A stretch of 64,000 nucleotides of DNA from Yuukianura sp. NJ FZ-2021 (lineage: Eukaryota). Below are positions 36,973 to 51,466 of the stretch, one piece after another. A program made the translations under genes and the position numbers. Each line of letters starts with the position of its first letter. Within the stretch, counting starts at the first letter, position 1. The notes below the pieces were generated by a model, which was not told the DNA's origin, did not search any database, and saw only the letters and a list, made by a program, of their open reading frames with translations. Where the stretch lies: NCBI GenBank assembly GCA_046563655.1, contig CM102289.1, forward strand, positions 9,486,001 through 9,550,000. The letters run 5' to 3'.

Positions 36973-38802
36973 GTTTCTTTTTTGAAAATTCAGATTTTTA
37001 AAATTCGGAAATTCAAAATTTGGAGAGGATTTTCCACGAATACAATTTTAGCGTAACACCGGTTGGAAGAAAAAAGTCAATGGTCGAATAATGAGAAATG
37101 AAATGGGGATGGGTTGCTCAAATGCCAACAATTGAAGATTGTGTCAACAGTTACAATTGTTTTTGCACAGATCTTGTCAGGAAGGAAAGTCTATTCACCT
37201 CACAATTGCTGAGATGCAGGATGTAAATCCTAAGTGATGAACAAAAGTGATCTGTTGGGATGCTCAGTTGAGCAAAAGACTTTTGAGCATTTTTGGATTC
37301 TCTTTTAATTGTTTTCTGCCTTAAGTCGCTGCTCATGCGCCTGCTTTTCCCCATTGTTGGAATGAAATAATAATTTTTGAACCGTGTCAATTCGTTGTTG
37401 AGATCCAACAATAGTTACGGTTTAAACTTCAACATTTAACATTGGCAGTGGATAAAAATCAACGCATGCCCCTAACATTACTCCATTTGAAATTAAGTGG
37501 GCGGAGTCAGTACATACTTGAGTGATGATTAAGTATGACACGCTTTGTTCTTTCCAATTGTTTTCAAGATCAAAACATAACAAACTATAGAAATACCTTA
37601 TATTTCTAAATTCCACTTTTACAAGTTATTTAATTTTTTTACCGTTAGAATTTTGTTAACTAAGTTTTTGCTTAATTAACTTTTGTACAATTTCCTTATT
37701 AGTTTCTGGTTCAAAGTTTGGGGTAAAGTTATCTTGGCGCATCCGCAGCACGTAGACGAAACCCCGTTTCTCAAGTTTTTGGTTTAAAAATTAAAGTTGA
37801 ACTTTCCATTTAATTGGGAAGATTTTGTTAACTTAAAAGTTTTCAAGTTTAGGAGCAATTAAAGTTAATGAAAGAGGAGGAGTTATTTTCTCCTCTTAAC
37901 TTTACTATTTCCATTTCGTGTAACTTTTTTTGTTGTAACCGGTAATTGGTTTCCACGCTTTCTAAATGTGGTAACAAAGAGACATTAAAATTATGAATAG
38001 TTTTTTTTTTGCATTGCATTGTTTGACCATTATGCACAAGTAACCACTCCCATTTTTTACAATTTTGCAGTTTTCAATTCCTTTTGCTCTACTTCTTTTC
38101 TCTTTACTTTTTTTTGCAAAGTCATTTACATCTTCAACCTTATGAAGTGTAGAATTAAGTAATTTAGTGAAGCTTCTGCTTCATCACACTAATTTAAATG
38201 GAAATTGCAAATTTCATTTTTACAACACTTTATTGCAAATACGAAATATTTTTTACATGTAAATGGAACCGACAGAAACCAAAAACAAAAACTTGTTTTA
38301 TTTGTTCTAAAGATTTTATTTTTTCTTTGAAATTCAAGAAATGGCTTTATACTTTCTTGGTTTTTCAAATTCAAAAAAAGCTGAAAAACGGGTCAATTTT
38401 TTTTTTTGAAGGAGCGTCTTTGATTAATTTGGATTTTATCCAAGCGTACGTAAGTTGAGCGTATCAGGAGGAGACACTCCAGTACTTGGTCTCCATTCTA
38501 TTAGAGTCAAAGCACTTGGAGGAGAAATGATTGGAATTGTATTGGAAAGTGAAAGTTAAGACTTTCACTTACTTTCTAAACAGCTTTCAACAGAACGGAC
38601 ACACTCCGTCCACAATAGCAGTCCAACAGCATTTTCAAACTTACCCGCATCAGTTTTGTATTTATTGAGCTCCAAGTCCTTCTTAGTCTTCAGCGTTTTC
38701 CAAAATCCGCTCCTAGATTTACATTAAACTGCGACAAAAAAAAATTCTTTTTCGAAAGTTTTTACTTACTTTCGATTTTTTTTTTCAAAATTTGTACTCA
38801 AA

Positions 38803-41082
38803 ATGCTCGTCTCTACTTTGACATTTGGAGTGTTTCTGAGCGTCCTCACGGACAACTTGTTGCTTACAGTAGTTGGTGAGCAACTAAATTTTTTTTGTCA
38901 AGGGCAAAATTTTTAACAAAAATTTGAAAAAAAAAAAATTTTTTTTGGTGCCAATTTCAGTGCCGATTCTACCAGAATTTTTGAGGGAAAAAGCGTCAGC
39001 GGCGGTCAACAGCAAAATGTCTTCGGAAATTTCCTCCCTTGACGATAAAAGACGCAGTATCCAAGTACCGCAACTGCCCAGTACCAAAGTACTGCAATTG
39101 CCAAATATCTCCGAAGTATCTGACAAAAATTTCAGCATCAATCGAGTTCCACCAATCAGAGAAGTGGGAGAGTCGCAACAGGATTCTCACGCCAAATCGA
39201 TTACGAAGTCATGCTTCCGCGAATTGTTCCATCTTCAGATGCTGGACGAAGATTCAAAATTGGGCTTACTATTTTCAACTAAAGTAAAACATTTAATTCT
39301 ATTAATATAGTAATAATATTACATCATATTAATTATTCTGTAATATAATATTTGCTAGGCAATTGTTCAACTCATTTCGAATCCATTCGTTGGAAGACTC
39401 ACGGCCAAAGTGGGATACAAACTTCCGTTGTGTATTGGGAACGCCATTCTTTTTCTATGTGCTCTAGGTACAGATTTTACAAAAATTCAAAAGCAAAAAA
39501 AAAATTTTTTTTTGAAATTTTGAAAGTTTGCATTCTAAAATGCTGTTTTCAGCTTTTGGGTTTGCGGACTCCTACATCTTGCTGCTGATTGGTCGTAGTT
39601 GTCACGGATTAGCTTCAGCGCTTGTAGCAATTTCTGGAATGGCGCTGATCGCTGAATTGTATCCAATTGACGCTGAAAGGACAGTTTGCATGGGGCGGGT
39701 CATGGGGGCAGCAGCGCTGGGCGTTCTGATTGGCTATCCTTCTGGTGGCTTCTTGTATGCCTTCATGGGCAAACTGTTTCCGTTTCTACTCATCGCTGGA
39801 CTTGCATTTCTCAACACTCGTAAATTAATTTAAACTTTTTTCAAAAAAGTTTTCAAAATTTTCTTAGGATTGAGTAATCTGTGCTGTTTCAGTTCTGTGT
39901 GGATATCAACTCAAGTTGTTTCGTCATGAGACCTCTGATGATGACCAAACGCTTGTAGTGCGAAACCCAGCTCCGGTGACCTCTGACCTGTCAGGTTGCT
40001 GGAGTCTCCTCAAGGACAAATCCATTCTCATCATCTCATTGGCCATTTGGTTTTCCACAATGGCCATAGCCGTCCTGGAACCAACTCTACCGATGTGGCT
40101 CATCGAAATTATTGACCCGCCGGTAAGGTTCTGTTGACCTTTGACCTTTGACCTCAGTTGACCTTTGACATTTTTAGTACAAAATATGAAGAATGAGGAT
40201 TTTGAATTTGATTTTGTCAGAAGTGGGAGCTTGGACTCGTTTTTGTTCCGGACAGCGTCGGCTACTTTATTGGAACGACATTTTTCGGAGGAGTGTCGCT
40301 GCAGTTGGGACGCTGGAAGGCTTCGATGATCTCCATGATTGCAATTGGGGTCGCTTGCTTACTGGCAAGCTAACTTTTAATTTAAATGAAATATATTATA
40401 TAATTATATATTTATATATTATCTTTTGAATATATTTTAATAGTTGCCGTTCTGCCGAGCCGTTTGGCAGTTGACCTTCCCCCACTTTGTGCTTGGCCTG
40501 GGACTTGGAGTTGTGGATGCTTCGTTGATGCCACTTTTGGCTTGCTTGGCCGACGCTCGTCATAAAGCAACAAGCTACGGTAGTGTCTATGCTCTAGCTC
40601 AGACTTCGGTGGCATTGGCTTACTCCTTAGGTATGACTATGTCACCGGTTCAGTGAGCAGTCACTCATGTAAAAAGTTCAAAGTAATTGGCTTAATTTTA
40701 ATTGAATTGTGTAATAGGGCCGCTGCTGGCTGGCCAACTTGTGCGATGGATTGGATTCCCTGACTTGATTCGGTCCGTTGGTTTCCTCAACTTAATTTTC
40801 TCACCCTTCATAATTCTTTTGACTGAGCATGAGCAGAACCGGACTCTTGGAATGTTGAAGCCGCCGGAAGGACCTTACCGCTACCATGACCTCAGTTCAT
40901 CCACAACGGCAAGCAGCATGGAAGACATGCCAAGTCCAAAGATGGCCAAAAAAGTTCGGTTTCACTTTCACATTAACAACGAAAAGTTCCCGCTCACCGC
41001 CATGATTAGCCAAGACAAACGATGGCCACAGAGGGCGCCAGAGAAATACAACAGGTTCTACAGTGAACTGGACTCGGACTAA
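38803..41082 (+). CDS. prt: SLC18 vesicular neurotransmitter transporter, portabella-like
   Basis: TM1 DNLLLTVVVPILP, KAIVQLISNPFVG, GMALIAELYP, GVLIGYPSGG, LEPTLPMWL, GVVDASLMPLLACLADARH, YGSVYALAQ. About 8 exons from ATG 38803; the 3' end may include one more small intron. SLC18 membership is secure; the prt orthology rests on the TM11 Gln. Confidence 0.8.
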
Positions 41083-41369
41083 ATCCTGCAAGCAACAATT
41101 ACTAGTCTTGATTAATAATTATAATTAATTATAATAAATAATGTAACTATAATTAATTATAATTAATAATAATACAATTATAATTAATGTTAAGTCGGTA
41201 AATTAATTCCGAATGTCGGATGCCCAACTCTGATGCGGGTGCCACTGAGTGTGACGAAGGAACTTCTACAGCGACCGGAATAAAAAAAAAGAAGTCGAAG
41301 AGGAAGGAAAACTTGTCCTAATTAATTAACATTAATCGAGCGATAATTAGCTAAAAACTTAATTGTGAA

Positions 41370-44300
41370 ATGGGGAACAACAAGGCCAAGAAACGGAAGC
41401 AGCAGAGATTAGCTGCGAAGTTAGCCAAGATTGCAAAGATCGCTTCTGATCAAGGTCCTTCTCCAGAAAATGACGAAAGTGAAACGTTTAAGTCAAGAAC
41501 AGCTGTTGCTGTTGGAACAACTAAAAGTATTGTCGTTGACGTTGGGCCAGAAGACGATGACGACTTCGTCAGAACCCTCGTTCATGTCCAGAAAACACAA
41601 CTGTGTCTTAATAGGTAAAGATTTCACTGGAACGTAATAAATGATTTCTAAAACGTCAGTCATACGCTTTGTTTTTGTTGTAGCCGTACTTCAACCAGAA
41701 CTACAAGAAACAGTATCACTGCTGCTGCTACTGCCGTAACAGGCAATGAGCCCAAGTATAACAGCACCATTTCTAAGCAAACGCGAGAGAACGTATCCAA
41801 AATTGTCCCAATGAAAGTACAAGTTCCTTCAGTGGAATACATCTTCCAGAAATATGGAAAGTAAATGGGTTTCTATAACTTATGTTTATTGCAATCAAAT
41901 TAGTTTATGTATTCATGCACTCATTCCGGATTTTGCCTTGTTTCAGATACATCGTCGTGAGGGATAAACCAGACTCTGCTGACAATTCACCGGTTCCAGA
42001 GATGAAAGAAGATCACACGCCGGAAGAAGTCAAAGATGATGTAGATGTTGGTCGTGGTGAGAATGAGACAAATCACAGCCCGCTGCTGGATGATAAGCTG
42101 ATGAACGATGAACAATCGGCAATTGGCGGGTCCACATTAACTTCAGAACCGAATGCTACGACACCACATGTTAAGTCTAAATCCAAAAAGAGGAAAAGTG
42201 CAAAGCGGAGGAAAGGCAGTAAAGGACCTCCCAGGGCCATCATTGCAAGTAATCCTTCCGACGATACAACGACGTACGTAAAGTTATAATATGCAAAGAT
42301 TCTAGTTGCTTTGCTTACGAATTTGAGTCATTCGAGTGTTTTACTTGTGTTCCAGCCCGGACTTGGGAGTTGTTGAACCACAGCAGCCTGAAGCGGGTCC
42401 AGCAGCAGCAGTGGCCCCAGCCTTACCGAAGAAAGTAACATTGAAGAAGGATTTAATTAATCAGATGATTGGCCGCCTTCTCAAAAGCAAAACATCTAGC
42501 ACCGCTGTGAATGAACAACAAAAGAAGACTGAAGAAAACGAACCCGAAGTTCTGGAAATTCCGGTTACAAAACCCTCCGTCCCAATTGTGACAATTGATT
42601 TAGAATGTGAAGATCAATTGGCAACAAATGAAACCAGTACTGGCCGTATACTTGTCATGCCTGATCGTCAACTAATTGTAAAAGAAGAAATCGATTTGGA
42701 AGATGATGTGATTGTGCCCAGGATTGAGACTATATCCGGCGCCACTTCTTTACAAGACATAGTAGCTCCTCCTCCTCCAGAAAGTGATCATGATATAGAC
42801 ATCGCCATGTCCAGTGACGAGCCAGACTCAGCTGATGATGTTGACGCCGATCCCGATTTTGATCCGGATGATGACAATTCAACTGCCATCCGCCGCACCA
42901 ACAGTACAAACTTATCCAAGAAGAGACAATCAGATCTTACACGGACAAACGGAAACTCTGGATCAGCCAAAGATAAACCAAGTTGGACAACTTGTGAAAC
43001 TTGTGGTCTAAAATTCCTGTCGGCTACGAACTTCAAGATCCACATGAGAGAATACCATAACGAATATGGTTCGGTAGAAGACGAAGACTTGGATCCTCCC
43101 AGTGGTCCAGTTGTCCAGTATTGCAAAGAGTGTCAACTTCCATTTGGAAACAAAGTTGGCCTAAATCTGCATATGCGTGTGAAGCATCCCAAGAAACAAC
43201 AGAAAACGTATCGTGGACGTAGTAGTGTCATACTGGACGCGGAGCCAAAGGAAACCAACACTCCTGATGCTGCCGAAGTACCTCTCCAGGACGATGCTGT
43301 CCAAGTGCCTGCCCAGGACGATACTTCCCAAGTACCTGTCCAGCAACAGCCAGTTCGAGAACGTGTGTTATACGTTTGTTCCTTTCCGGACTGCGACAGA
43401 CAATTCAGCAGTATTCAGAACATGAAAATTCACAAGCGCGTGGAACATGAATTCAAGCTGCAACGTTCCATTTCTTGTATACTGTGCAAAGCAGTGGCAC
43501 GCAATCCGAGGGTTCTTTACAAACATTTCGAGGAAGTCCATGCAGACCAAATAGATGACGAAGGTTTCGCAGAATTCAGGCGATTAGGATATCCTGACGA
43601 CGAAACTTGCCAAACAGCACGTTCAGAGAACGTAGTAAACGCAGAAATTAAAACATACAAATGTGTGGAATGTAACATTTCTTTTATGTGGAAGTCAACT
43701 TTAGATGCTCATACTGCGGCACTTCATAAAAATGGAGGTGGAACTACCCGAGAAGAAAGAAAAGCGATACATGCGCAGCATTTGAAGATATATGAGAAGC
43801 ATTTGAAGGAAGTAGTTGAGGAAGTAGCGAACGACAGTCCAATACTGGCTGCTCATTTGGGAAGTCACTCAAGTACTGTCCAGGAAGAGGCTGAAGAAGG
43901 TTTACCGGAGCAAAACGTTATCAATTTGTCTGATAGCGATGAAAACGAAGAAGATACTGGTGGTCGCCATGTCATTGTCAACGGTCGCCTCGAAGCTCCG
44001 GAATCTTCCGTGTCCGACAAAGAACCAATCGACAAAACAACGAAACCGTCGTCATCCAAGTCAGCCATAACTGTGTGTCCGTTCTGTTTCAAAACGGTCT
44101 TGTTCAAAAACTTTTCAACTCATGTCGAAGTCCATGCCAACAAGGAAAGCAATTCCAAAAAATTTTCGTGTCCGTTTACTGGATGTACTGCTGCACAAAA
44201 TACTTTCAGAGAACTGGTAGCACATCATAAGAAGGTACATCAGGAAAAAGAACCGACTGCAGATGCAGAAAAGTTGACCAAACCGGCTTCGGATGAAACC

Positions 44301-47014
44301 GAATCCAATTCCGGATCAGCTGATGTTTCTTCATCATTGGCATCAGCATCATCATCATCAGCAACATCAGCGTCCTCATTGGCAGCATCATTTGGTAACA
44401 TCGGTTTCATGTGTAGCCTATGCAACATAAAATTTCGAGACATGACAACACTGCTGCTCCATTGCCAATTGCTGCATACAAATAAAGTTCCGAGAGTAAA
44501 GCGAATTGAATCAGAAGATCGTCGTGTACTGCGCAGCCAGACCATCCAACCACTGCCGAAAATTGCTATCGTCGGATCAGCTGGAACTCCAGTTCATCTT
44601 CTTCCTAACCCACCACCTCTAAAGCCAGTTACCGTTACGCCAATTGCTACAGTCGGGGCAGAACAATCTACTTACGCTCTGATTCCCATGGACAAGGATC
44701 CACTATCACTCAGCCCAACGTCAACAGCTGACATTGATGCTACTGATCATCATCGTCCAGGCAGCACATCCGACATCAGGGTTACCCCGCTTGCCACTAT
44801 CGATCAAGCACATACTGCCGACTCAGCCCGTTTACCGATCCCAACAACTCCAATTCTTCTCAACTGCGGAATTCAAAAAATGGAGACTGAGTCTGGGATA
44901 CAAGTTTTGCCGGTCATAATTGCTCCAGCATCAGACCCAAATTTACAATGTCCTGTTTGCCAAACTACTGGATTCGAAGATCGACGACAACTGAACCAGC
45001 ATGTGAAGTCACACAACTGGGATCGAGAACCTACAACGGAACGATACTCTTGTGACCTATGTCCAAGTTCATTTGTTACACAAGAAGAGCTAAATAGCCA
45101 TTGTGTTGTGTACCACAAAATGTTAAGCCAGAATCTGCCAGCAACTTGTCCCGTCTGTAAGGTGACGATTAAGCAAGCCAGGAATTTGCCAAGGCATGTC
45201 ACCAGCCTGCACCAAATGCAAATGTGTACGATGTGTCCACAGCTGTTTAAACAACAAGACCAATACGCACTTCATTTTCAACTGCACACGCGAATTGGAC
45301 CTACTCCTGGGTCACACGCACAGAGGTACCAGTGTCTGGAATGCTTGCAAGTATTTGAGTCAATCACTGGAATTAATCTCCACTACAATGCTGCACATAA
45401 CAACGGAGACAAGTGTACTTGTGTCACTTGCAATATCCAACTCCAGCGGAAAAACTTACGCTTACATTTACAACTTCATCAACGATGTGATCCTGGTAAG
45501 TGGACTGTATTTTGCTGAATACGAATGTCAACGTTTCCATTCATACTTATTCATAATAGGGAGTTTGAGTTATAATTAATACAAATAAAAATTATGAAAA
45601 GTATAGAATTTATAGAATGGTTCCTCTTCCTATCCTAAAAATTCGAAAAGTGACGTCACCAATCGCCATAAATTCTATACTTTTTATAATTCCTATAATT
45701 TTTTGTTATAAACGCAGACTCCCTAAAAACTATACCATAATTTTATAGGACCAATATGGTATGATAATTTATAATCATATAATAATATAAAACGATAAAA
45801 TTTTATAATTTCATAATATGTAACTAATGATATGTACCATATTTTTTACTGTTACAGGGACAGGAAAGCAGCTAAGCTCCATCTCCGTCTCCCAGCCCTT
45901 TGCTGCCACAAATGGTGGCTCATTGCTATTTTCCAATACACCACTTACGAACTCAATGTCGTCGGGGGAAGATGCTGGTGACGACGAGATTTTATCTGAT
46001 CCTCTGGCAGAGCCGGGTGACACTTCTGGAGTAGCTATTTTCCATCAACAGACATCATTCCAATCTACACAATTTGAATTTGAGGACGTGACGATCGGAG
46101 AAGAGTCGTCGGGAGGGACTGGATTTGGGGAAATGGTAGGTGACCTCCATGACTTGGACATTTCAAGGACTTCACAATCTATTCCATCCTCCACTTTTGA
46201 TTGTAATCCAGACTTATTAAATGGAGACGACGGAGACTCTTTGTCATCCACGGAGTTTGAAGATGCTGATGAACTTGAAGATAACCGGACCAATGCTGGC
46301 AGTGTGACAGTAACCGTAGGGATGTCAACTATTGACTACATTTCATCTCTTCCACCAACAGAAAGTGACACTATACCGTGTGGATACTGTCCAAAACTAT
46401 TTCTGCGTAGAGATCTTCATCATCGTGACAATCATATCAGCCGACTCCATTCAAATCCGACCTCTCGAGAGTGTTCTTTTTGTGGGGAATATTACAGGAG
46501 TATTGGAGCTCTGACGAAACACATCAGGAATGTTCATCTCCACAAACAGCATCCGGTGGTCCAGTGGGAAATATCGAAGATGAAAAATACTGGAAGAAGC
46601 AAGAGACAATGTACTGCCAGTACTATTTCTCAGCAGCAATTGAATCCGATGGAATGTAAGGTCTGTGGGCTCACTTTTGGAACTGTCATGGAAAGAAGGA
46701 AGCATGAGTTGATTCATTTTCCAGTAAGTGGAGGAGAGGAGTCGAATACTACTGCGAATGCTGATGCTGATGCTGGAGAAACTACTGCAACTGCTGACGG
46801 TGAGAATGGGAAATTGGATGTGGTTGAGAAAAATGCTGATGTGCTGAAACCGGAAACTGTTTTTACTGCACTGGAACAAGTGATGCATGATACGTCTGCA
46901 GAGGCTTACAAAGAAGTAATTCAGTCCGAAAATGTTTCAAAGTCTATAGGAATGGCTGCAAATCCTGTTGTTACTTTTCCGCAAAGTTTTGATGAGTTTA
47001 TGTCACTTTTATGA
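41370..47014 (+). CDS. Large multi-C2H2 zinc-finger protein (~17 scattered fingers)
   Basis: Exons approx. 41370-41614, 41684-41860, 41947-~42274, 42356-45496, 45858-47014. 14 CxxC...HxxxH units in the long exon and 3 in the last; basic NLS-like tracts, acidic tracts and SIM-like motifs. Confidence 0.9.
45559..45723. mobile_element. MITE in the last intron of the zinc-finger gene
   Basis: TA|GGGAGTTTGAGTTATAA ... TTATAAACGCAGACTCCC|TA termini, plus inner inverted pair AAAAGTATAGAATTTAT / ATAAATTCTATACTTTT. Confidence 0.75.
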
Positions 47015-47293
47015 AACGCTAAACTAAATTTTTAGTTGCTATTTTACCAATATTTTCTCGCTTTATAGTTTGATTTATTATGAAGTTGCCTAATTAATTG
47101 AATTGAATATGTTATTATTATTAAGATAATTTCTAATTTAAATAAAGTTAATTTATATTTTGAACGGATTTGCAAAATTTTGATTTAGCGAAATTTTAGT
47201 TTTACCCCCCAACTACGCTACGACGGTTTTGGACCGTAATCTGGTCGATTCATGGACCAGATTACGGTTATGGTTCGATTATAGATTTGCCGA

Positions 47294-47307
47294 GTTACCG
47301 TGGAAAC
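47294..47307 (+). promoter_or_regulatory. RFX X-box upstream of KATNAL2
   Basis: GTTACCGTGGAAAC matches the X-box consensus GTTNCC-N2-GGNAAC, ~170-190 bp upstream of the ATG; a DRE-like TATCGAT follows at 47314-47320. Confidence 0.65.
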
Positions 47308-47479
47308 GGAAAGTATCGATTCAATTTTTAGCGTTTTCAGTCCAGAAATTTTCAAGCCACGAAAAAAAAATTTGGTTTTGTGGATAATTTTTAATCTAAT
47401 CTGAGTTTTCAATTTTTCAGAGAAAGCATTTTTGGCAATTTAGATTCTTTGTCAGATTGATTTGAGCAAAGTCCTCATC

Positions 47480-49766
<2,287 letters not shown>

Positions 49767-50230
49767 AAATGTAGAGCCATATACTTCGCAAGTATCGCAA
49801 GTATCATGCAAAAAGTGCTTAGAATTTGGATCAACAGCAAATGTACAGTCATTTCCTTAGTTTTTGTAACACGTTACTACTAGAAACCACTTTCTTCTGA
49901 TTCTTATCATTGTACTACTCAAGGTACAGTTGATGATGGGAACAATAGAATGAAAAAAAAATGTTTCAAGGATATTTCCTGCCGCTTTGTTGCTTTCTGG
50001 TTTATAAGATTTCTGACGTAACCTAAGTGGGAACGGGAAATACCAAAAATCTACAAAGATTTAGTAAAAACTTTTAACACAAAACCAGAAACTTGTAGAA
50101 TCTTTGTCTAATAAAACTTCAAAAAATCCATTTCATCTTGTGTAATTGGAAGAGACGCCAACAGTTTTTGTGAAGCTTCAAACCGCATACTAAGTCAAAG
50201 TTCTTTTGAAAAAATTTAGTACAGGAGAAG

Positions 50231-51193
50231 ATGACAACTGAATATGGACCACCGGATGCTGTTCCAGAACTTGTGATTCTGATCAGTGGAAAACGGAAAT
50301 GTGGAAAAGATTATCTCATGGATTTGTTACAAAAACGGTTAGTTTTAATTCAAATTTTGGAAGATGTGAACTTTGGTATTCACAATTTTCATAAAATGAA
50401 ATTTTTGTATTTTTTTAGATTGGATGAGAAGAAGATTGAAGTTGGGGTGATCCGAATTTCAGCACCGATTAAACATTTTTGGTCAGAGAAGCACAGTTTG
50501 GATTTCAGCCGACTACTGGATGCGAGTAGTTACAAAGAAGACCATCGACTGGGCATGGTCAACTGGAGCATGAAACACCGTGACGAAAACCCCGGCTATT
50601 TTCCGGTAGAAGCCATCAAAATGGCCAACGGTAACGGCAAAACTAACCTAACATTTAACTATTCTCTTTAACTAATTAGCAGCGTTGTCAAAAATATGTG
50701 CTAAAAACGCACAAAATATTGACAAAAAATCTACGTTTTTAAAAAACGACAAATATTTACTTTATTTGACATTAAGGAAAAGGGGAAACAATTAAATACG
50801 AAATATTTTGTGATTAACATTAGAGGCATGAAAACTAAATATATTTGACATCCCTGCTACTTAGTAATTACAATTAATTGTTTTGCAGCTTCTGGGAAAC
50901 CAATTTGGATTTGTGTGGATATGAGACACCAAGGAGACTACGATTGGTTTTTAAAGTACTACAGCAGTCGACTGAAGCGAGTACGCGTGACAGCGGACGA
51001 AAGTGTGCGGAGTGGACGGGGTTGGACATTCCAGGACGGAGTGGACGACACCGCATCGGAATGTGCCTTGGACCATGTCACTGACTGGGATCTCGTAGTT
51101 CACAACAACGACGACGCAGGAGCTGGAATCAACCGAGGATTAGACACCATCATCACTTGGATTCAAACTAGTTTGGCCAAAGTTCAAAAATAG
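50231..51193 (+). CDS. PMVK: Phosphomevalonate kinase (animal type)
   Basis: ISGKRKCGKD P-loop, RISAPIK, LLDASSYKE.HR..MV.W, GWTFQDGVDDTASECALD. Exons 50231-50337, 50419-50630, 50889-51193. Confidence 0.96.
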
Positions 51194-51466
51194 TTGAGCC
51201 ATTCTTAAAAAAGGAACAATAAAAGTCAAGGTTCGTAAACAAGTAAACAAGAATTTTGTAGTCAACAGGTTAAGCAATAACTCGAACTTTTTAAATTTTG
51301 TTAAAAATTAGCAAAACTTTGGTTCACCGTGCCTTCCTCAGGCAATATGTAATTAAATCGAATTGGAGGAAAAAATTGTTTGGGGCGAGATTTTTTGAAA
51401 ACAGAATTTATTACCTAACCTATTAAAGGAAAACTATTTCGTTACTATAGGAACCTTGAATAAAGT

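Noticed and set aside
1000..38570. Frequent AAAGTGAAA / ACTTTCAC (Blimp-1/IRF-like) motif
   Set aside because: An A-rich motif in A-rich DNA; enrichment cannot be distinguished from compositional bias by eye.
42788..46888. Many short antisense and alternative-frame ORFs
   Set aside because: Shadows of the zinc-finger CDS, with no independent signals.
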